Assembly: GCA_964419565.1 (NCBI GenBank)
Contig: CAYQPW010000008.1
Span: 28,284-92,283 of the forward strand
Length of the DNA stretch: 64,000 nt
Reading direction: 5' to 3'
Origin: an uncultured bacterium
GTDB taxonomy: Bacteria > Hydrothermota > Tepidihabitantia > SM23-42
In this document: one piece after another, positions 9,896 through 20,457 of the stretch
How positions within the stretch are numbered: the first letter of the stretch is position 1
How the letters are laid out: every line of letters begins with the position of its first letter
The notes under the pieces: generated by a model
Seen by the model: the letters and a program-made list of their open reading frames with translations, nothing else
What the model was told of the DNA's origin: nothing
The model's database searches: none
Made by a program: the position numbers and the translations under genes

Positions 9896-10573
9896 ATGAA
9901 AAGGTTATTAGATGTTTTTTCTGCACCAACAAGATTGTTTACCAGTATAAAGGAAAAACCAGAATGGATTTTGCCTTTTGTCATCGTCCTTGTCATTGTC
10001 GCAATTGCAGCATCGTCTACTGTCGTGCTGACGAAAGATGCGATGATCACTAGACAGGAAGAGGTTCTTAAGGAAAGGGGTTTGGACGATGCTCAGATCG
10101 AGCAGACCAAGAAATTCATGCAGGGACCTTTACCTGCAGTATTTGGTGGTATCAGTGGAGCGATCTTTGTCGGCATACTCTTATTATTGTTCACCGTGAT
10201 ACTCAACCTATTTGTACCTGTTTTTGGCGGCATCAGTGGTTTTAAAAGCGTTCTAACCGTGGTCAGTTTTGCAGCATTGATTAAGGTTCCATCAGCGATA
10301 CTTAAAATAATACTTATGGCGATAACAAAATCTCCATTTGTAACAACATCACTTGCGCTCATTACACCGAATTTAGAGAAAACATCGTTCGTTTATCAAC
10401 TGCTTGCGGGTTTTGATTTCTTTATCATCTGGGAAATGATACTCGTTGCGATCGGAATAAATATCATAAACGGCGTGAAAAAACAAAATGCCTATATTTT
10501 GGTGTTTTTAATCTGGGTTGTATCATTATTTATTGGTATCGGTCTCAGTTTTTTACGAGGACCTGCTGGCTAA
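9896..10573 (+). CDS. Yip1-family membrane protein
   Basis: ATG at 9896 with AGGAG RBS; multi-TM with Yip1-like GG..G-rich helices. Confidence 0.65.
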   Translation: MKRLLDVFSAPTRLFTSIKEKPEWILPFVIVLVIVAIAASSTVVLTKDAMITRQEEVLKERGLDDAQIEQTKKFMQGPLPAVFGGISGAIFVGILLLLFTVILNLFVPVFGGISGFKSVLTVVSFAALIKVPSAILKIILMAITKSPFVTTSLALITPNLEKTSFVYQLLAGFDFFIIWEMILVAIGINIINGVKKQNAYILVFLIWVVSLFIGIGLSFLRGPAG

Positions 10574-10617
10574 AGTTTCTTAAACATGTTTTTCAAAAGC
10601 GAGGATATTAAGAAAAG

Positions 10618-11853
10618 ATGATGGTTTTTTTACTTTTTTTTCAGATCGATTCCCTGTCTTTAAATAAGGCAATCGATATGGCACTTGCCCAGAGCCCGGC
10701 ATACTATGAAGCAAAAGTAACTTTCGAAAAATCCCGGATATTATACTATCAAACGCTGACCAGTTTGCTGCCAACAATATCAGCATCTGGAACTTATTCG
10801 AATAGTGAGTATCAGGGTGTTGAAAGTAGTGGCTATTCAGGTAATATTCAGTTGAACCAGCCTCTCTTTGACCTGGATATTTTAAGTTCTGTTTTTATCA
10901 GCCGCAGACAACAAAGGGGCAGCAGAATACAGTATGACGCACAGATCGCGGGGTTGATCCTCAATCTTAAAACCGCATATTATGATCTTATCAATGCACG
11001 AGAGCTTTTGGAATCATCAGAAGTTGCTATTGAAAGAGCCCGGGAAAATCTTGAATTAATAAAAACAAAATATGAGCTTGGTTCAGCATCGAGGCTTGAG
11101 ATGTTGCAGGGTGAGGTCTTTCACTTGAGTGCTTTGCAGGATAGGGCAAAAGCCCGGACCATGGAAATATCTGCACACGAGGAACTAAAATCAATACTCG
11201 GTACTCACGAGGAGATCAATGTGATAGATACCTTAACAATACCCGATAGCACAGATTTTCTGCCGCTCGACTCGATGTTCGTTATTCTCGCATCAGCGAA
11301 TTATAATATTCAAATCGCTCAGGAGTTAAGAAAAGCGGCAAAATTGGATCTGGTATCGTCTTACCTGAGATTCCTGCCAAGAATTTCATTATTTTACGGC
11401 TATACTTATAATTCAGATTCATTGGTTTTCGACTTTCAGCACGTTGAAGATAACGCAACTCGTAACTATGGGATAACGATGTCTTTTCCTATATTTGAGA
11501 TCAAATCTTTGATCTTCAATCACCTGAACGCGAAAAAGGAACTCGAGCTGCGAGAACATGAACAAAAACGTATTCTTCTGGAAAATGAAAAAAACCTGAG
11601 TACGACTTATTTTGCGCTGAAAGAATCATATGAACGAGTATATTTTGCCAGGAAAAGTTATGATGCCGCGACTGAGGCATCTGTTATTGCTCGAGAGCAA
11701 TATGCGCTGGGTATCATATCTTTTTTGGAATTTTTAGCGTCGGAAAAAGACCTTTATGGAGCCAAAGTTACATTTAAATCTGCTCTGAGTGATCTCTATA
11801 TTCAACGTGCTAACCTGTCTTATCTTCTCGGTCAGTCATTTAGTGAGGAATAG
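10618..11853 (+). CDS. TolC-like outer membrane efflux protein
   Basis: 411 aa, two-repeat OEP architecture, first gene of efflux operon. Confidence 0.8.
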   Translation: MMVFLLFFQIDSLSLNKAIDMALAQSPAYYEAKVTFEKSRILYYQTLTSLLPTISASGTYSNSEYQGVESSGYSGNIQLNQPLFDLDILSSVFISRRQQRGSRIQYDAQIAGLILNLKTAYYDLINARELLESSEVAIERARENLELIKTKYELGSASRLEMLQGEVFHLSALQDRAKARTMEISAHEELKSILGTHEEINVIDTLTIPDSTDFLPLDSMFVILASANYNIQIAQELRKAAKLDLVSSYLRFLPRISLFYGYTYNSDSLVFDFQHVEDNATRNYGITMSFPIFEIKSLIFNHLNAKKELELREHEQKRILLENEKNLSTTYFALKESYERVYFARKSYDAATEASVIAREQYALGIISFLEFLASEKDLYGAKVTFKSALSDLYIQRANLSYLLGQSFSEE

Positions 11854-11890
11854 AAATGAAGTGCATTGGTAGTTTAACCAAAGGAGTGGG

Positions 11891-13051
11891 ATGAAAAAGA
11901 AGTTTTTATTTATAATCGGCGGTGTAGTTATTATTGCTATCGTGATCATACTCAATCTCTTGCAGGGCAATAAGGGCAAAGAAGTTGAGGTGAAAATAAT
12001 CCAAGAAGGCAATATCGTTTCCGAAGTCACGGCTTCTGGTGAGTTGCGAGCTAAGGCCCAAGTCGATATTTCTTCAGAAACGATCGGACGGATAAAAAAG
12101 ATATTTTTTCAAGAGGGTGATTACGTAAAAGAAAACGCCCTGCTTATAGAACTCGATGATGTTAAGGTCAAGGCAAGTAAAACACTTGCGGAAGCTCAGT
12201 TAAAACAAGCAGAACAAGATCTTGCTCGTGCTGAAAAGCTCTTTGAGAAGGACCTAATATCAAAGGAAAGCTACGAGAAAATTTTGTTGAGCTATGAAGC
12301 GACAAAAGCTCAATATGAACAGGCTGCAGATGCCTATAAAAAGACCAAGATCTATGCACCGATATCCGGGAAGATAATGAAGATAAACGTTGAAGAGGGT
12401 GAAACCGCAGTAATGGGCACGATGAACTACCAGGGAACCGTGCTCATGACCATAGCTGATATGTCGATGATGATCGCCGTGGTGACTATCGATGAAACAG
12501 ATGTTCCTACTGTATCAGTGGGGCAAGAGGTGCAAGTTATAGCAGACGCATTACCTGATTCGATATATTCCGGAAAGGTGACGAGAGTCGGTCTGATGCC
12601 TATTACCAGTCAACTCACTACTGAAAAAGTGACTGATTTTGAAGTTGAGATAGAGCTTGGTAAATTTTCGCCATTGCTGCGACCGGGGATGAACGTAAAG
12701 ACCGAGATAATAACCAGTGAAAAAAGTGATGTACTTATTGTCCCGATCCAGGCTTCAGGTAAAAGAAAGATCGAGGAAAAAACAGCGGAAACAGTTTTCA
12801 AAGTTGAGGGTGGCAATGCTGTTCTTAAAGAGATAGTCACTGGCGCCTCGAGCGATACTGATGTTGAAATCATTTCAGGCGTTGAACAAGGCGATACTAT
12901 TATTATCGGACCTTATCGCGTTCTTTCAAAACTGAAGGATGGTGAACATGTGCAATTTAAAATTGACGAAAAAGATACGTCATCTTCTAAATTGCCTCAA
13001 AGCACGGTTGCCCCCAGGCGCGTGCTAGGAGCAATAAAAAAAAGGATATAA
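11891..13051 (+). CDS. Efflux transporter periplasmic adaptor subunit (HlyD/MacA family)
   Basis: N-terminal TM anchor, coiled-coil hairpin (KASKTLAEAQLKQAEQDLARAEKLFEK), lipoyl/beta-barrel segments. Confidence 0.85.
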   Translation: MKKKFLFIIGGVVIIAIVIILNLLQGNKGKEVEVKIIQEGNIVSEVTASGELRAKAQVDISSETIGRIKKIFFQEGDYVKENALLIELDDVKVKASKTLAEAQLKQAEQDLARAEKLFEKDLISKESYEKILLSYEATKAQYEQAADAYKKTKIYAPISGKIMKINVEEGETAVMGTMNYQGTVLMTIADMSMMIAVVTIDETDVPTVSVGQEVQVIADALPDSIYSGKVTRVGLMPITSQLTTEKVTDFEVEIELGKFSPLLRPGMNVKTEIITSEKSDVLIVPIQASGKRKIEEKTAETVFKVEGGNAVLKEIVTGASSDTDVEIISGVEQGDTIIIGPYRVLSKLKDGEHVQFKIDEKDTSSSKLPQSTVAPRRVLGAIKKRI

Positions 13052-13734
13052 TGGGTGATAGAAATACGATTTGCCGAGCGCTCGATCTGAAGAAAACTTA
13101 TTGGCGTGGCAAAGTTGCGGTCGATGCATTACGGGGTGTAAGTATAAAGATATTGCCGAATGATTATATTTCGATCATGGGGCCATCTGGATCCGGAAAA
13201 TCAACGCTGGTCCACATCCTCAGCTGCTTGGATTCCCCAACATCGGGAGAGTACTATCTTGAGGATAAATTGGTTTCAAATTATACAGACCAGGAATTAG
13301 CTAAGGTCAGAAATATATTTTTTGGTTTTGTTTTTCAGAGTTTCAGTTTGTTGCCGAGACTTACCGCGCTTGACAATGTCGCAATGCCCCTTATTTATGC
13401 GGGCGTGAAAAAACAGGAAAGGAAAATCAGGTCTCAGACAATACTCAAGCGAGTTGGTCTCGAGGACAGAATGCTCCACCGCCCCAATGAAATGTCTGGT
13501 GGTGAATGCCAGCGTGTAGCTATCGCCCGATCGTTGGTTAATAACCCAAAGGTAATATTCGCCGATGAGCCGACTGGAAATCTTGATTCCAAGACCGGGA
13601 TGGAGATCATGGAACTTTTTGATAGTCTGGTTAAAGAAGGCAATACTGTAGTAATGGTGACTCATGATCTCAGTGTTGCTGATCATGCAAACCGGATCAT
13701 CAAATTAAAGGACGGGCTTATCGAAAATGATTGA
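13051..13734 (+). CDS. ABC transporter ATP-binding protein (MacB/LolD type)
   Basis: Walker A GPSGSGKST, signature LSGGECQRVAIARSL, Walker B IFADEPTGNLD. Confidence 0.9.
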   Translation: MGDRNTICRALDLKKTYWRGKVAVDALRGVSIKILPNDYISIMGPSGSGKSTLVHILSCLDSPTSGEYYLEDKLVSNYTDQELAKVRNIFFGFVFQSFSLLPRLTALDNVAMPLIYAGVKKQERKIRSQTILKRVGLEDRMLHRPNEMSGGECQRVAIARSLVNNPKVIFADEPTGNLDSKTGMEIMELFDSLVKEGNTVVMVTHDLSVADHANRIIKLKDGLIEND

Positions 13735-14977
13735 AATTCTTGCAAAAATCGCCCTCTCTTTTCAGACATTCAAAACCCACAGACTGAGGTCTGTGCTTAC
13801 CGCCCTGGGTATCATAATTGGCGTAACGACGGTTATTGCTATCCTTTCTTTGATCGAGGGGTTGAATAATAGTGTTGCCGAACAGGTGAAATCGATCGGG
13901 TCAGATTTGATTTTTCTTCAAAAATTTACATGGGTATCGACTGGCCACCGCGATCTTGAAAAACTTGCAGATCGCCCTGATTTAACCCCAGATGATGCTG
14001 TGGCGATCACTAAATTACCATCCGTCGAAATAGCGATTCCTGATATCGATCAACGGATTACCAAGATAAAATACAGGAATAATGAAGTAAGTAACCCAAC
14101 GATTACTGGTTCCGATGAAAATTATTCATGGGTAAATAATCATATTATCGAGAGTGGTCGGGATTTCACAAAGGATGATGTTCTTCACCGTCGACCAATG
14201 GGTATTATCGGATCTTTTATAGCCGCACAATTATTCCCCGATGAATCCCCGATTGGCAAGGATCTATATATCGATGGGCATCGGATAAAGATAATTGGCG
14301 TATTCAAAGAAAAAGGCTCTTTTCTCGGTAATAGTCTTGATAATTTTATACTCATTCCTTATACGGTCTATGAGAAATTTTATCCGAGAAGCAGAGGATC
14401 TATTTTCTCTCGTATTTACGGTGGATACTCAATAGATATAAAACCAAAATCCGGGGAAAAGATGGAAGAGACTATCGATGAAGTTAGGGAACTCATGCGG
14501 CGTAGACATGGTCTTGGTTTTGATGAAGAAGATGATTTTGAGATGAACACCCAGCAATTACTCATGGAGCTCTACCAGAACATAACCAGGGTAGGCTTTA
14601 TTGCGATCGTTGCGATCGCTGCTATTTCGTTAGTGGTTGGGGGAATTGGCATTATGAATATTATGCTTGTTTCTGTAGCCGAGAGGACAAGGGAAATCGG
14701 TATTCGAAAAGCAGTTGGCGCTTCAAATCAATATATCCTTTCGCAATTTCTTGTTGAGTCGGTCATGCTTGCTCTGGCCGGTGGTATTATCGGAATATTT
14801 TTTGGTATGTTACTCGCTGCCTTGATCTCAATTGCATCACCCCTGAAAGCAGCCGTATCTTTCTGGATGATCCTTTTGGGTTTTGGATTTTCCGCGTCGG
14901 TCGGTATATTCTTTGGTATTTATCCAGCGCGGCGTGCCGCGTCACTAAACCCGATAGAAGCTCTCAGGTATGAATAG
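13727..14977 (+). CDS. ABC transporter permease (FtsX/MacB-like, large periplasmic domain)
   Basis: 416 aa, N-terminal TM, ~250 aa periplasmic domain, C-terminal 3 TM FtsX fold. Confidence 0.85.
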   Translation: MIEILAKIALSFQTFKTHRLRSVLTALGIIIGVTTVIAILSLIEGLNNSVAEQVKSIGSDLIFLQKFTWVSTGHRDLEKLADRPDLTPDDAVAITKLPSVEIAIPDIDQRITKIKYRNNEVSNPTITGSDENYSWVNNHIIESGRDFTKDDVLHRRPMGIIGSFIAAQLFPDESPIGKDLYIDGHRIKIIGVFKEKGSFLGNSLDNFILIPYTVYEKFYPRSRGSIFSRIYGGYSIDIKPKSGEKMEETIDEVRELMRRRHGLGFDEEDDFEMNTQQLLMELYQNITRVGFIAIVAIAAISLVVGGIGIMNIMLVSVAERTREIGIRKAVGASNQYILSQFLVESVMLALAGGIIGIFFGMLLAALISIASPLKAAVSFWMILLGFGFSASVGIFFGIYPARRAASLNPIEALRYE

Positions 14978-14978
14978 C

Positions 14979-15073
14979 GGGGTGAGGTCTTGAAACTTAA
15001 AAATAGATTCTTAACGCGATCTTCAGTTAGCAATAACCTTGAGGGTGTATCTTAAATTTCAAGACCTGACCCC
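14979..15073. repeat. Long imperfect inverted repeat (17-bp arms, 1 mismatch) around a ~61-nt loop, directly after the efflux operon stop
   Basis: GGGGTGAGGTCTTGAAA (14979-14995) vs TTTCAAGACCTGACCCC (15057-15073). Confidence 0.5.
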
Positions 15074-15120
15074 ACTATGTCGTCTTGACATAAGAATAAT
15101 TTAGCATAAAATTATTTTAG

Positions 15121-18100
15121 ATGCGAGAAATCTATTACGACGAACTCACCGGTAGCTATAATCGCCGGTTCCTGCACTATTGGATAGACAATGAAATAAA
15201 AAGAGCGACCCGGTTCCCCGCCAAATTTGCTATATTAATGCTCGATATAGATGATTTTCGCAATATAAATAATAGCTGTGGTCATTTAGAGGGTGATAAA
15301 GTACTCATCGAGTTCAGCCGTGTATTAGATATCAACATAAGAGAAGTCGACAGCCTTGTTCGTTATGGTGGCGATGAATACCTCATCTTAATGCCGAATA
15401 CCGATGAAAGTGGTGCGATCGAGCTGGCGCAAAGGGTCATGGATTATCTGAACGAGTCTGATATTGTCGGACACAAGATACACTGCAGTATTGGATATGC
15501 GATATTTCCTGAAGATGGAATTACTTCTGAACCTTTGATCAATCAGGCAGACAATTTAATGTACAATGCAAAGGAACAGGGGAAAAATCGGATCGGCTCA
15601 AAGCAGCAGGCAGTGAAAAACCTTCAGATCCCTTCATTAGAGACGATCGGACGAGAAGATGAAACAAACTGGTGTCTTGGTGAGCTTAAGGATTATGATA
15701 CGTTATTTGTTGCCGGTGGAGCTGGTATAGGAAAAACAAGGCTTGTGCTTGAAATCAAAGATCGAATCAATGCGCCGGTTTTTCTTAGGGGTAATGCCTA
15801 TGCAGCGTTAACATCGGTTCCTTATCACCCGTTTAAGAATATGTTCAGCGAGATGATTAAACGGGATTTTGGTCTAGTCCAGCGGGTTTTTAAGCAATTA
15901 CCGGCAATATCACAGGCTGAGATCATGAAGATCTTTCCGGCCGAGAGTGCACTTAAAGTCACTTATGCGGAAAGTCTTGACAAGTACAGGTTATATAATT
16001 CGGTCAGCGAATTCCTTCAAAGAGTTTATGACATTCATGCTCCCGGTAAAATATTATTGTTACTCGATGATCTTCACTGGTTAGATAAGCCAAGTTGTGA
16101 GTTGATGGATTTTGTGATAAGAAGCACTCATGGAAACTGTAAGATTTTTGGAACATACCGGATTGAAGAAATAAAGAATTCAGCGATTGAGGAATTCTAT
16201 AACGTTTGGATAAGAGAGAAACTTTATACACAAATAACGGTTTCTCCATTGAACGAAACCCAGACTGAGCGTTTATTAAAGGCGATCATGGGTAAGGCGC
16301 CGGGGTCGGGGTTCAAACATATTTTCAAACAAAGCGGCGGTAATCCATTTTATCTTGAGGAGATCATAAGGGAAATGGAAAGGCAGGGAAAACTCTACTG
16401 GAATGGCAAAGAGTGGGTTTTTGCCAGGAGGCTTGAAATAACGATCCCGAGTACAATTGAAGCAACGATCAATAGAAAACTCAAATTTCTTGACTCGGAA
16501 ATAAAGAAGTATCTTGAAATTGCTGCTGTTTACGGGCAGGAATTCGGTGCCGAAATCATCGCCTTAGCGAGTAATAGAAATGTTGGGCAGATCCTTGATG
16601 CGATTGATGAATTATCGAGACTTGGATTCCTGAAGGAACGTAGCCACGATAATCATTTTTTCTCTGAAGATCTGGTTCGTCAAATCGTATATAATAATAT
16701 CAATCGTCAGGATCTGATCAAATATCACCGGGCTGTTGGCGTAACCATAGAAACTATTTATCGCAATGTGCTGCCCAATTATTACGAACAACTGGCAACT
16801 CACTTCATGATCGCTAACGAAGTAAGTAAAGCGCTTTACTATTCCAAAGAAGCGGCTCGCAAAGCACAAAATAATTATGCGCACAGCGCAGCGATCAAAT
16901 TTTATGAGAATGCTTTGAAATACGAAGATAATATCGACGAAATATTCAAGATCAAATTTGCGTTGGCTGAAATATTTTTTTTGATAGGCAAGTTCGACAA
17001 AGCGATCGAGCAGCTGAACGTCTGTTTGAAAATAAACCCGAATTCGTATCGAGTACACGAGAAGCTTGGCAATGTTTATGAAGATATGGGTGATTACAAG
17101 CAGAGTATAAAACAATATCAGGTAGGATTGAAGCTAACCAGAGGAACTGATGCTGTCTATTCATTCGAGAGTGATATCGCCTGGGTGCATACCCGTCTGG
17201 GCGATTATAATAAAGCGGAAATTAAATGCCACAAAGTTTTGACGAAAAGAAGACATCTAAGCAAACAAACCCTTGGTGATACCTATTTGATATTGGGTGT
17301 TGTGTATCTCCGTCTGGGTAAATTCAAAAAAGCAGAATCATATATCAGAAAGGCGTTGAAGATCCGTGAGTCCAGTGGAGATAAAAAACGCATTGCCGCG
17401 TGTTATCTTGATCTTGGCTTGAACTACTATGAAAAATTAGACGAGGAGAAAAGCCATCATTTCTATAACCGGGCTTTGAAAATCTACAAGGAAATCGGTC
17501 ACCAGCAGGGTATCCTTATTGCGTATAATAATATCGGTGCACTTTATGCAAACACTGATTTAACCAAGGCCGAAGAATATTATCTGGAAGCTTTAAAACA
17601 GGCAAAATTGGTGAACGCAAAACAGTCGATCGTCTACCTGTACTCCAATCTTGGTGCCATTGAGTTTAACCGCATGATGTATGACCAGACGCTGCTTCAC
17701 TACAAAGAAGCGTTAAAACATGCAAAGCTCATGAATTATCCTGCAGGGATTGTTTTTAGTAATATTGGATTGAGTGATTTCTATCGAGAACAGGGAAAGA
17801 TAAAACGCGGCAAGCTGCATTTGGAGCGAGCGATCAAAGCGGCAGAACGAGTGGACATGAAGTACCTTCATCTTGACTGCATGAAAGAGGAAATAGACTA
17901 TCTGCTCCTTGAGCGGAAATTGAAAAAAGCAGATGCCCTTTCTAAAAAAATGTTATCAGCGCTACGTATGGAGCGAAAGGGTTCATACAAGGTCAATAGC
18001 TTCATTTATCGGGGAAAGGTATTCACCGAACAGAAGAAATATCCCAAAGCCCTTGAGCATTACACAAAAGCTTTCTCATATTTAAAAACATACCCCAGTA

Positions 18101-18270
18101 CGCGCTTAGCTGGCGAAATTTACTTTTTGCGGGGCATTGTGTACAAAAAACAAAAAAAGACAAGAGAAGCTCTGAAGATGTTCCTTGAGGCGACCAATAT
18201 TTTCCGGGCTAAAGGCAATCTGAGATTCGTCGATAAGATCGAGCGGGAGATTACCGAAGCACATATTTAA
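15121..18270 (+). CDS. Multidomain signalling protein: N-terminal GGDEF diguanylate cyclase domain (GGDEY with RxxD I-site) + AAA/STAND NTPase + C-terminal TPR array
   Basis: REVDSLVRYGGDEYLILM; P-loop LFVAGGAGIGKTRLVLE; long TPR-like repeats to C-terminus. Confidence 0.8.
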   Translation: MREIYYDELTGSYNRRFLHYWIDNEIKRATRFPAKFAILMLDIDDFRNINNSCGHLEGDKVLIEFSRVLDINIREVDSLVRYGGDEYLILMPNTDESGAIELAQRVMDYLNESDIVGHKIHCSIGYAIFPEDGITSEPLINQADNLMYNAKEQGKNRIGSKQQAVKNLQIPSLETIGREDETNWCLGELKDYDTLFVAGGAGIGKTRLVLEIKDRINAPVFLRGNAYAALTSVPYHPFKNMFSEMIKRDFGLVQRVFKQLPAISQAEIMKIFPAESALKVTYAESLDKYRLYNSVSEFLQRVYDIHAPGKILLLLDDLHWLDKPSCELMDFVIRSTHGNCKIFGTYRIEEIKNSAIEEFYNVWIREKLYTQITVSPLNETQTERLLKAIMGKAPGSGFKHIFKQSGGNPFYLEEIIREMERQGKLYWNGKEWVFARRLEITIPSTIEATINRKLKFLDSEIKKYLEIAAVYGQEFGAEIIALASNRNVGQILDAIDELSRLGFLKERSHDNHFFSEDLVRQIVYNNINRQDLIKYHRAVGVTIETIYRNVLPNYYEQLATHFMIANEVSKALYYSKEAARKAQNNYAHSAAIKFYENALKYEDNIDEIFKIKFALAEIFFLIGKFDKAIEQLNVCLKINPNSYRVHEKLGNVYEDMGDYKQSIKQYQVGLKLTRGTDAVYSFESDIAWVHTRLGDYNKAEIKCHKVLTKRRHLSKQTLGDTYLILGVVYLRLGKFKKAESYIRKALKIRESSGDKKRIAACYLDLGLNYYEKLDEEKSHHFYNRALKIYKEIGHQQGILIAYNNIGALYANTDLTKAEEYYLEALKQAKLVNAKQSIVYLYSNLGAIEFNRMMYDQTLLHYKEALKHAKLMNYPAGIVFSNIGLSDFYREQGKIKRGKLHLERAIKAAERVDMKYLHLDCMKEEIDYLLLERKLKKADALSKKMLSALRMERKGSYKVNSFIYRGKVFTEQKKYPKALEHYTKAFSYLKTYPSTRLAGEIYFLRGIVYKKQKKTREALKMFLEATNIFRAKGNLRFVDKIEREITEAHI

Positions 18271-18310
18271 AAGTCATTAGCAGGATAGCAAAAAACAGGA
18301 GGCTTTAATT

Positions 18311-18341
18311 AAAAAGGGGGCATATACATGCCCCCTTTTTA
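18311..18341. terminator. Bidirectional rho-independent terminator between convergent genes
   Basis: AAAAAGGGGGCATATACATGCCCCCTTTTT: 8-bp GC-rich stem, 4-nt loop, A-tract upstream and T-tract downstream. Confidence 0.8.
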
Positions 18342-18361
18342 ATTAGATTAATTCCGCATTA

Positions 18362-20425
18362 TTACCAGCTGAGAACCTTGAATTCGATTCTTCTATTCTC
18401 ATCACGGCCATATTTCGTACGATTGTCTGCGATAGGTTGTGATTCACCATAGCCAACCGCGATCAAGCGGGTCGGGTCGATATTATGGTATCTAATGAGA
18501 TAATCTCTTACTGCATTCGCTCTCTGGTATGAAAGCTTCTGGTTATAAGAATCAGAACCAACGCTATCTGTATGTCCACTGATCTCAACTCTCATGCCGG
18601 GTTTTGCTGATAGTACTTTGGCAGCATCATCGAGTACTGGGTATGACATCGGTTTGATGACTGCGGAGTTGAAGTCGAAGGTTATACCTTTGAGAACGAC
18701 CTTTTCGCCGACCTTTGGTACTGGTTTCAGACTGAAATTTTGTATTTTGGTTTCGTCTTTTGCCAGGACTACTGGTGCGCTTTCCGGCACGTAATCAGCT
18801 GCTTCGATCTTGACCGAATAAGTTCCAGGTGGTACCGTGACCTTGTATATACCAGTGCTGGGATCGGTCGTGACCTTCGGGATATTGGTGTCGATGAAGA
18901 TAAGTTGAGCAAGCAAAGGTTTGCCAGATTCAACTTCAGAGATCTTCCCTGTGAGCGTTGCCTGATCGACTCCGATCTTGGTCAGCGCGATATCAATAAC
19001 CTTTGATTCATCTTCCTGAACAGTAACGACCTTTTCATTGAACTGGTAATTAGTGGCTTCGACATGGAGTCGATAAGTACCAGGATCCAATGTTATATTA
19101 TACATGCCGGCAGTGTCTGAGTTGATCGCTTTTATCTCGGTTTGCGGGAATGTTATTTCAGCAACGATCGGTGCCTTTGTTTCGAGATCATAGATCTTGC
19201 CGATGATCTTTGATACTGGTTTTTGATTCAGAGCAAAATCAAGAACGATCTGGTCACCATCTTTTAAAACCATACCCTGTTCTTTCCATCGATACCCAGG
19301 TGCCTCAACATGAAAACGGTAACTCCCTGGTGTAAAAGATGTTTCATAAAAACCGACATCACCAGTCTGGATCGCTTCTTTCTCTGATCCAGGGAAAGAC
19401 AATGTCGCGGTAATCGGTTCATTGGTTTTTGCGTCATAGACTTTACCCGACATTTTAGCGATTGGAATATGAATTTCCACTTTCTTGACCAGGTCAGTTC
19501 CTGCTGAGAAATTGAAGAATGCTTTCCAATATGATTCATCCGATTCGTTCAGAATACCTAGTTCACAGCCGACATCAAAATTCACACTCTGACCGCCAAA
19601 GCGCAGGCCTGGTGTAACCCAGAGAGACTCGGCGCTCTGGTCAGTATCGAAGATACCATATGCTTCGAACATGATCCGTGCTGCTTCTGCGGGGATCAAC
19701 TGGATCCCGATACCATGCGTAATATAGTTCGGTCGTTCGTGAAAATCCGCCGCCGCGACATAGGCAGGCTGTTCATCAATACCGGTCACCCAATAACCAA
19801 CATTCAAATGCGTGCCAAATGGACCGACCCTGAAATCGAATAACCCGGTGAATGTGAAATCTGGACTATGGGGTATATAGGGCGGGAAATTCGGCGCGAT
19901 GCCGTAAAATGAATCGGCATAGAACATTCGGTCATTGGCATATGCATTTGAGAAATATTCGGTTGATAATCCTGGACCAAAGTTAACATGACCGTCAACC
20001 CCGATTGCCCAGAACATCGGTGATAATTCATCGAGCATAAAAGCATGTCCAAATTTAGTACCCACCTCGATATCTTTGAAACCGATTGGTGGGTAGGGAT
20101 CACCTCTTTCAACTGGATAGTCGTTTGCCTCGTACCATTTACAGAACGGTGTGATATGAACACGTGTTTCAAAAAAGTCAGTTACTGCATAAGAAAGACC
20201 GGTGGTTATCTGGAAATAATGTTTTCGGTCAGTAGTCGTTTGTCCCTGAACATGGACATCGAAACTCTCAAACCGTTCTTCAGGAGCGAGGTGGAATGCG
20301 AACACACCCATATTATGGGGTTGTGCGTATTGAATCTTGAACATTCCATGGTTGCCGTTTATTGATATCTCCTGAGCAGATACCAGAATAGGCAGTAAAC
20401 ATAATACAGCTAACGTCTTCTTCAT
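18362..20425 (-). CDS. OmpA-family outer membrane protein with repeated CarbopepD-regulatory-like beta-sandwich domains and C-terminal OmpA peptidoglycan-binding domain
   Basis: Signal peptide MKKTLAVLCLLPILVSAQ (start trimmed to 20425); three GxYxxxVxAxGY-type repeats; C-terminal OmpA-like motif GHTDSVGSDSYNQKLSYQRANAV. Confidence 0.8.
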   Translation of the reverse strand: MKKTLAVLCLLPILVSAQEISINGNHGMFKIQYAQPHNMGVFAFHLAPEERFESFDVHVQGQTTTDRKHYFQITTGLSYAVTDFFETRVHITPFCKWYEANDYPVERGDPYPPIGFKDIEVGTKFGHAFMLDELSPMFWAIGVDGHVNFGPGLSTEYFSNAYANDRMFYADSFYGIAPNFPPYIPHSPDFTFTGLFDFRVGPFGTHLNVGYWVTGIDEQPAYVAAADFHERPNYITHGIGIQLIPAEAARIMFEAYGIFDTDQSAESLWVTPGLRFGGQSVNFDVGCELGILNESDESYWKAFFNFSAGTDLVKKVEIHIPIAKMSGKVYDAKTNEPITATLSFPGSEKEAIQTGDVGFYETSFTPGSYRFHVEAPGYRWKEQGMVLKDGDQIVLDFALNQKPVSKIIGKIYDLETKAPIVAEITFPQTEIKAINSDTAGMYNITLDPGTYRLHVEATNYQFNEKVVTVQEDESKVIDIALTKIGVDQATLTGKISEVESGKPLLAQLIFIDTNIPKVTTDPSTGIYKVTVPPGTYSVKIEAADYVPESAPVVLAKDETKIQNFSLKPVPKVGEKVVLKGITFDFNSAVIKPMSYPVLDDAAKVLSAKPGMRVEISGHTDSVGSDSYNQKLSYQRANAVRDYLIRYHNIDPTRLIAVGYGESQPIADNRTKYGRDENRRIEFKVLSW

Positions 20426-20457
20426 TATACCTCCTTTAATTACAATCGCCAATAATG

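Noticed and set aside
16004-17164. Minus-strand ORFs inside the GGDEF-STAND-TPR gene (16004..16249, 16612..17115, 16952..17164)
   Set aside because: Fully embedded antisense in a strongly supported 1049-aa CDS; no independent signals.
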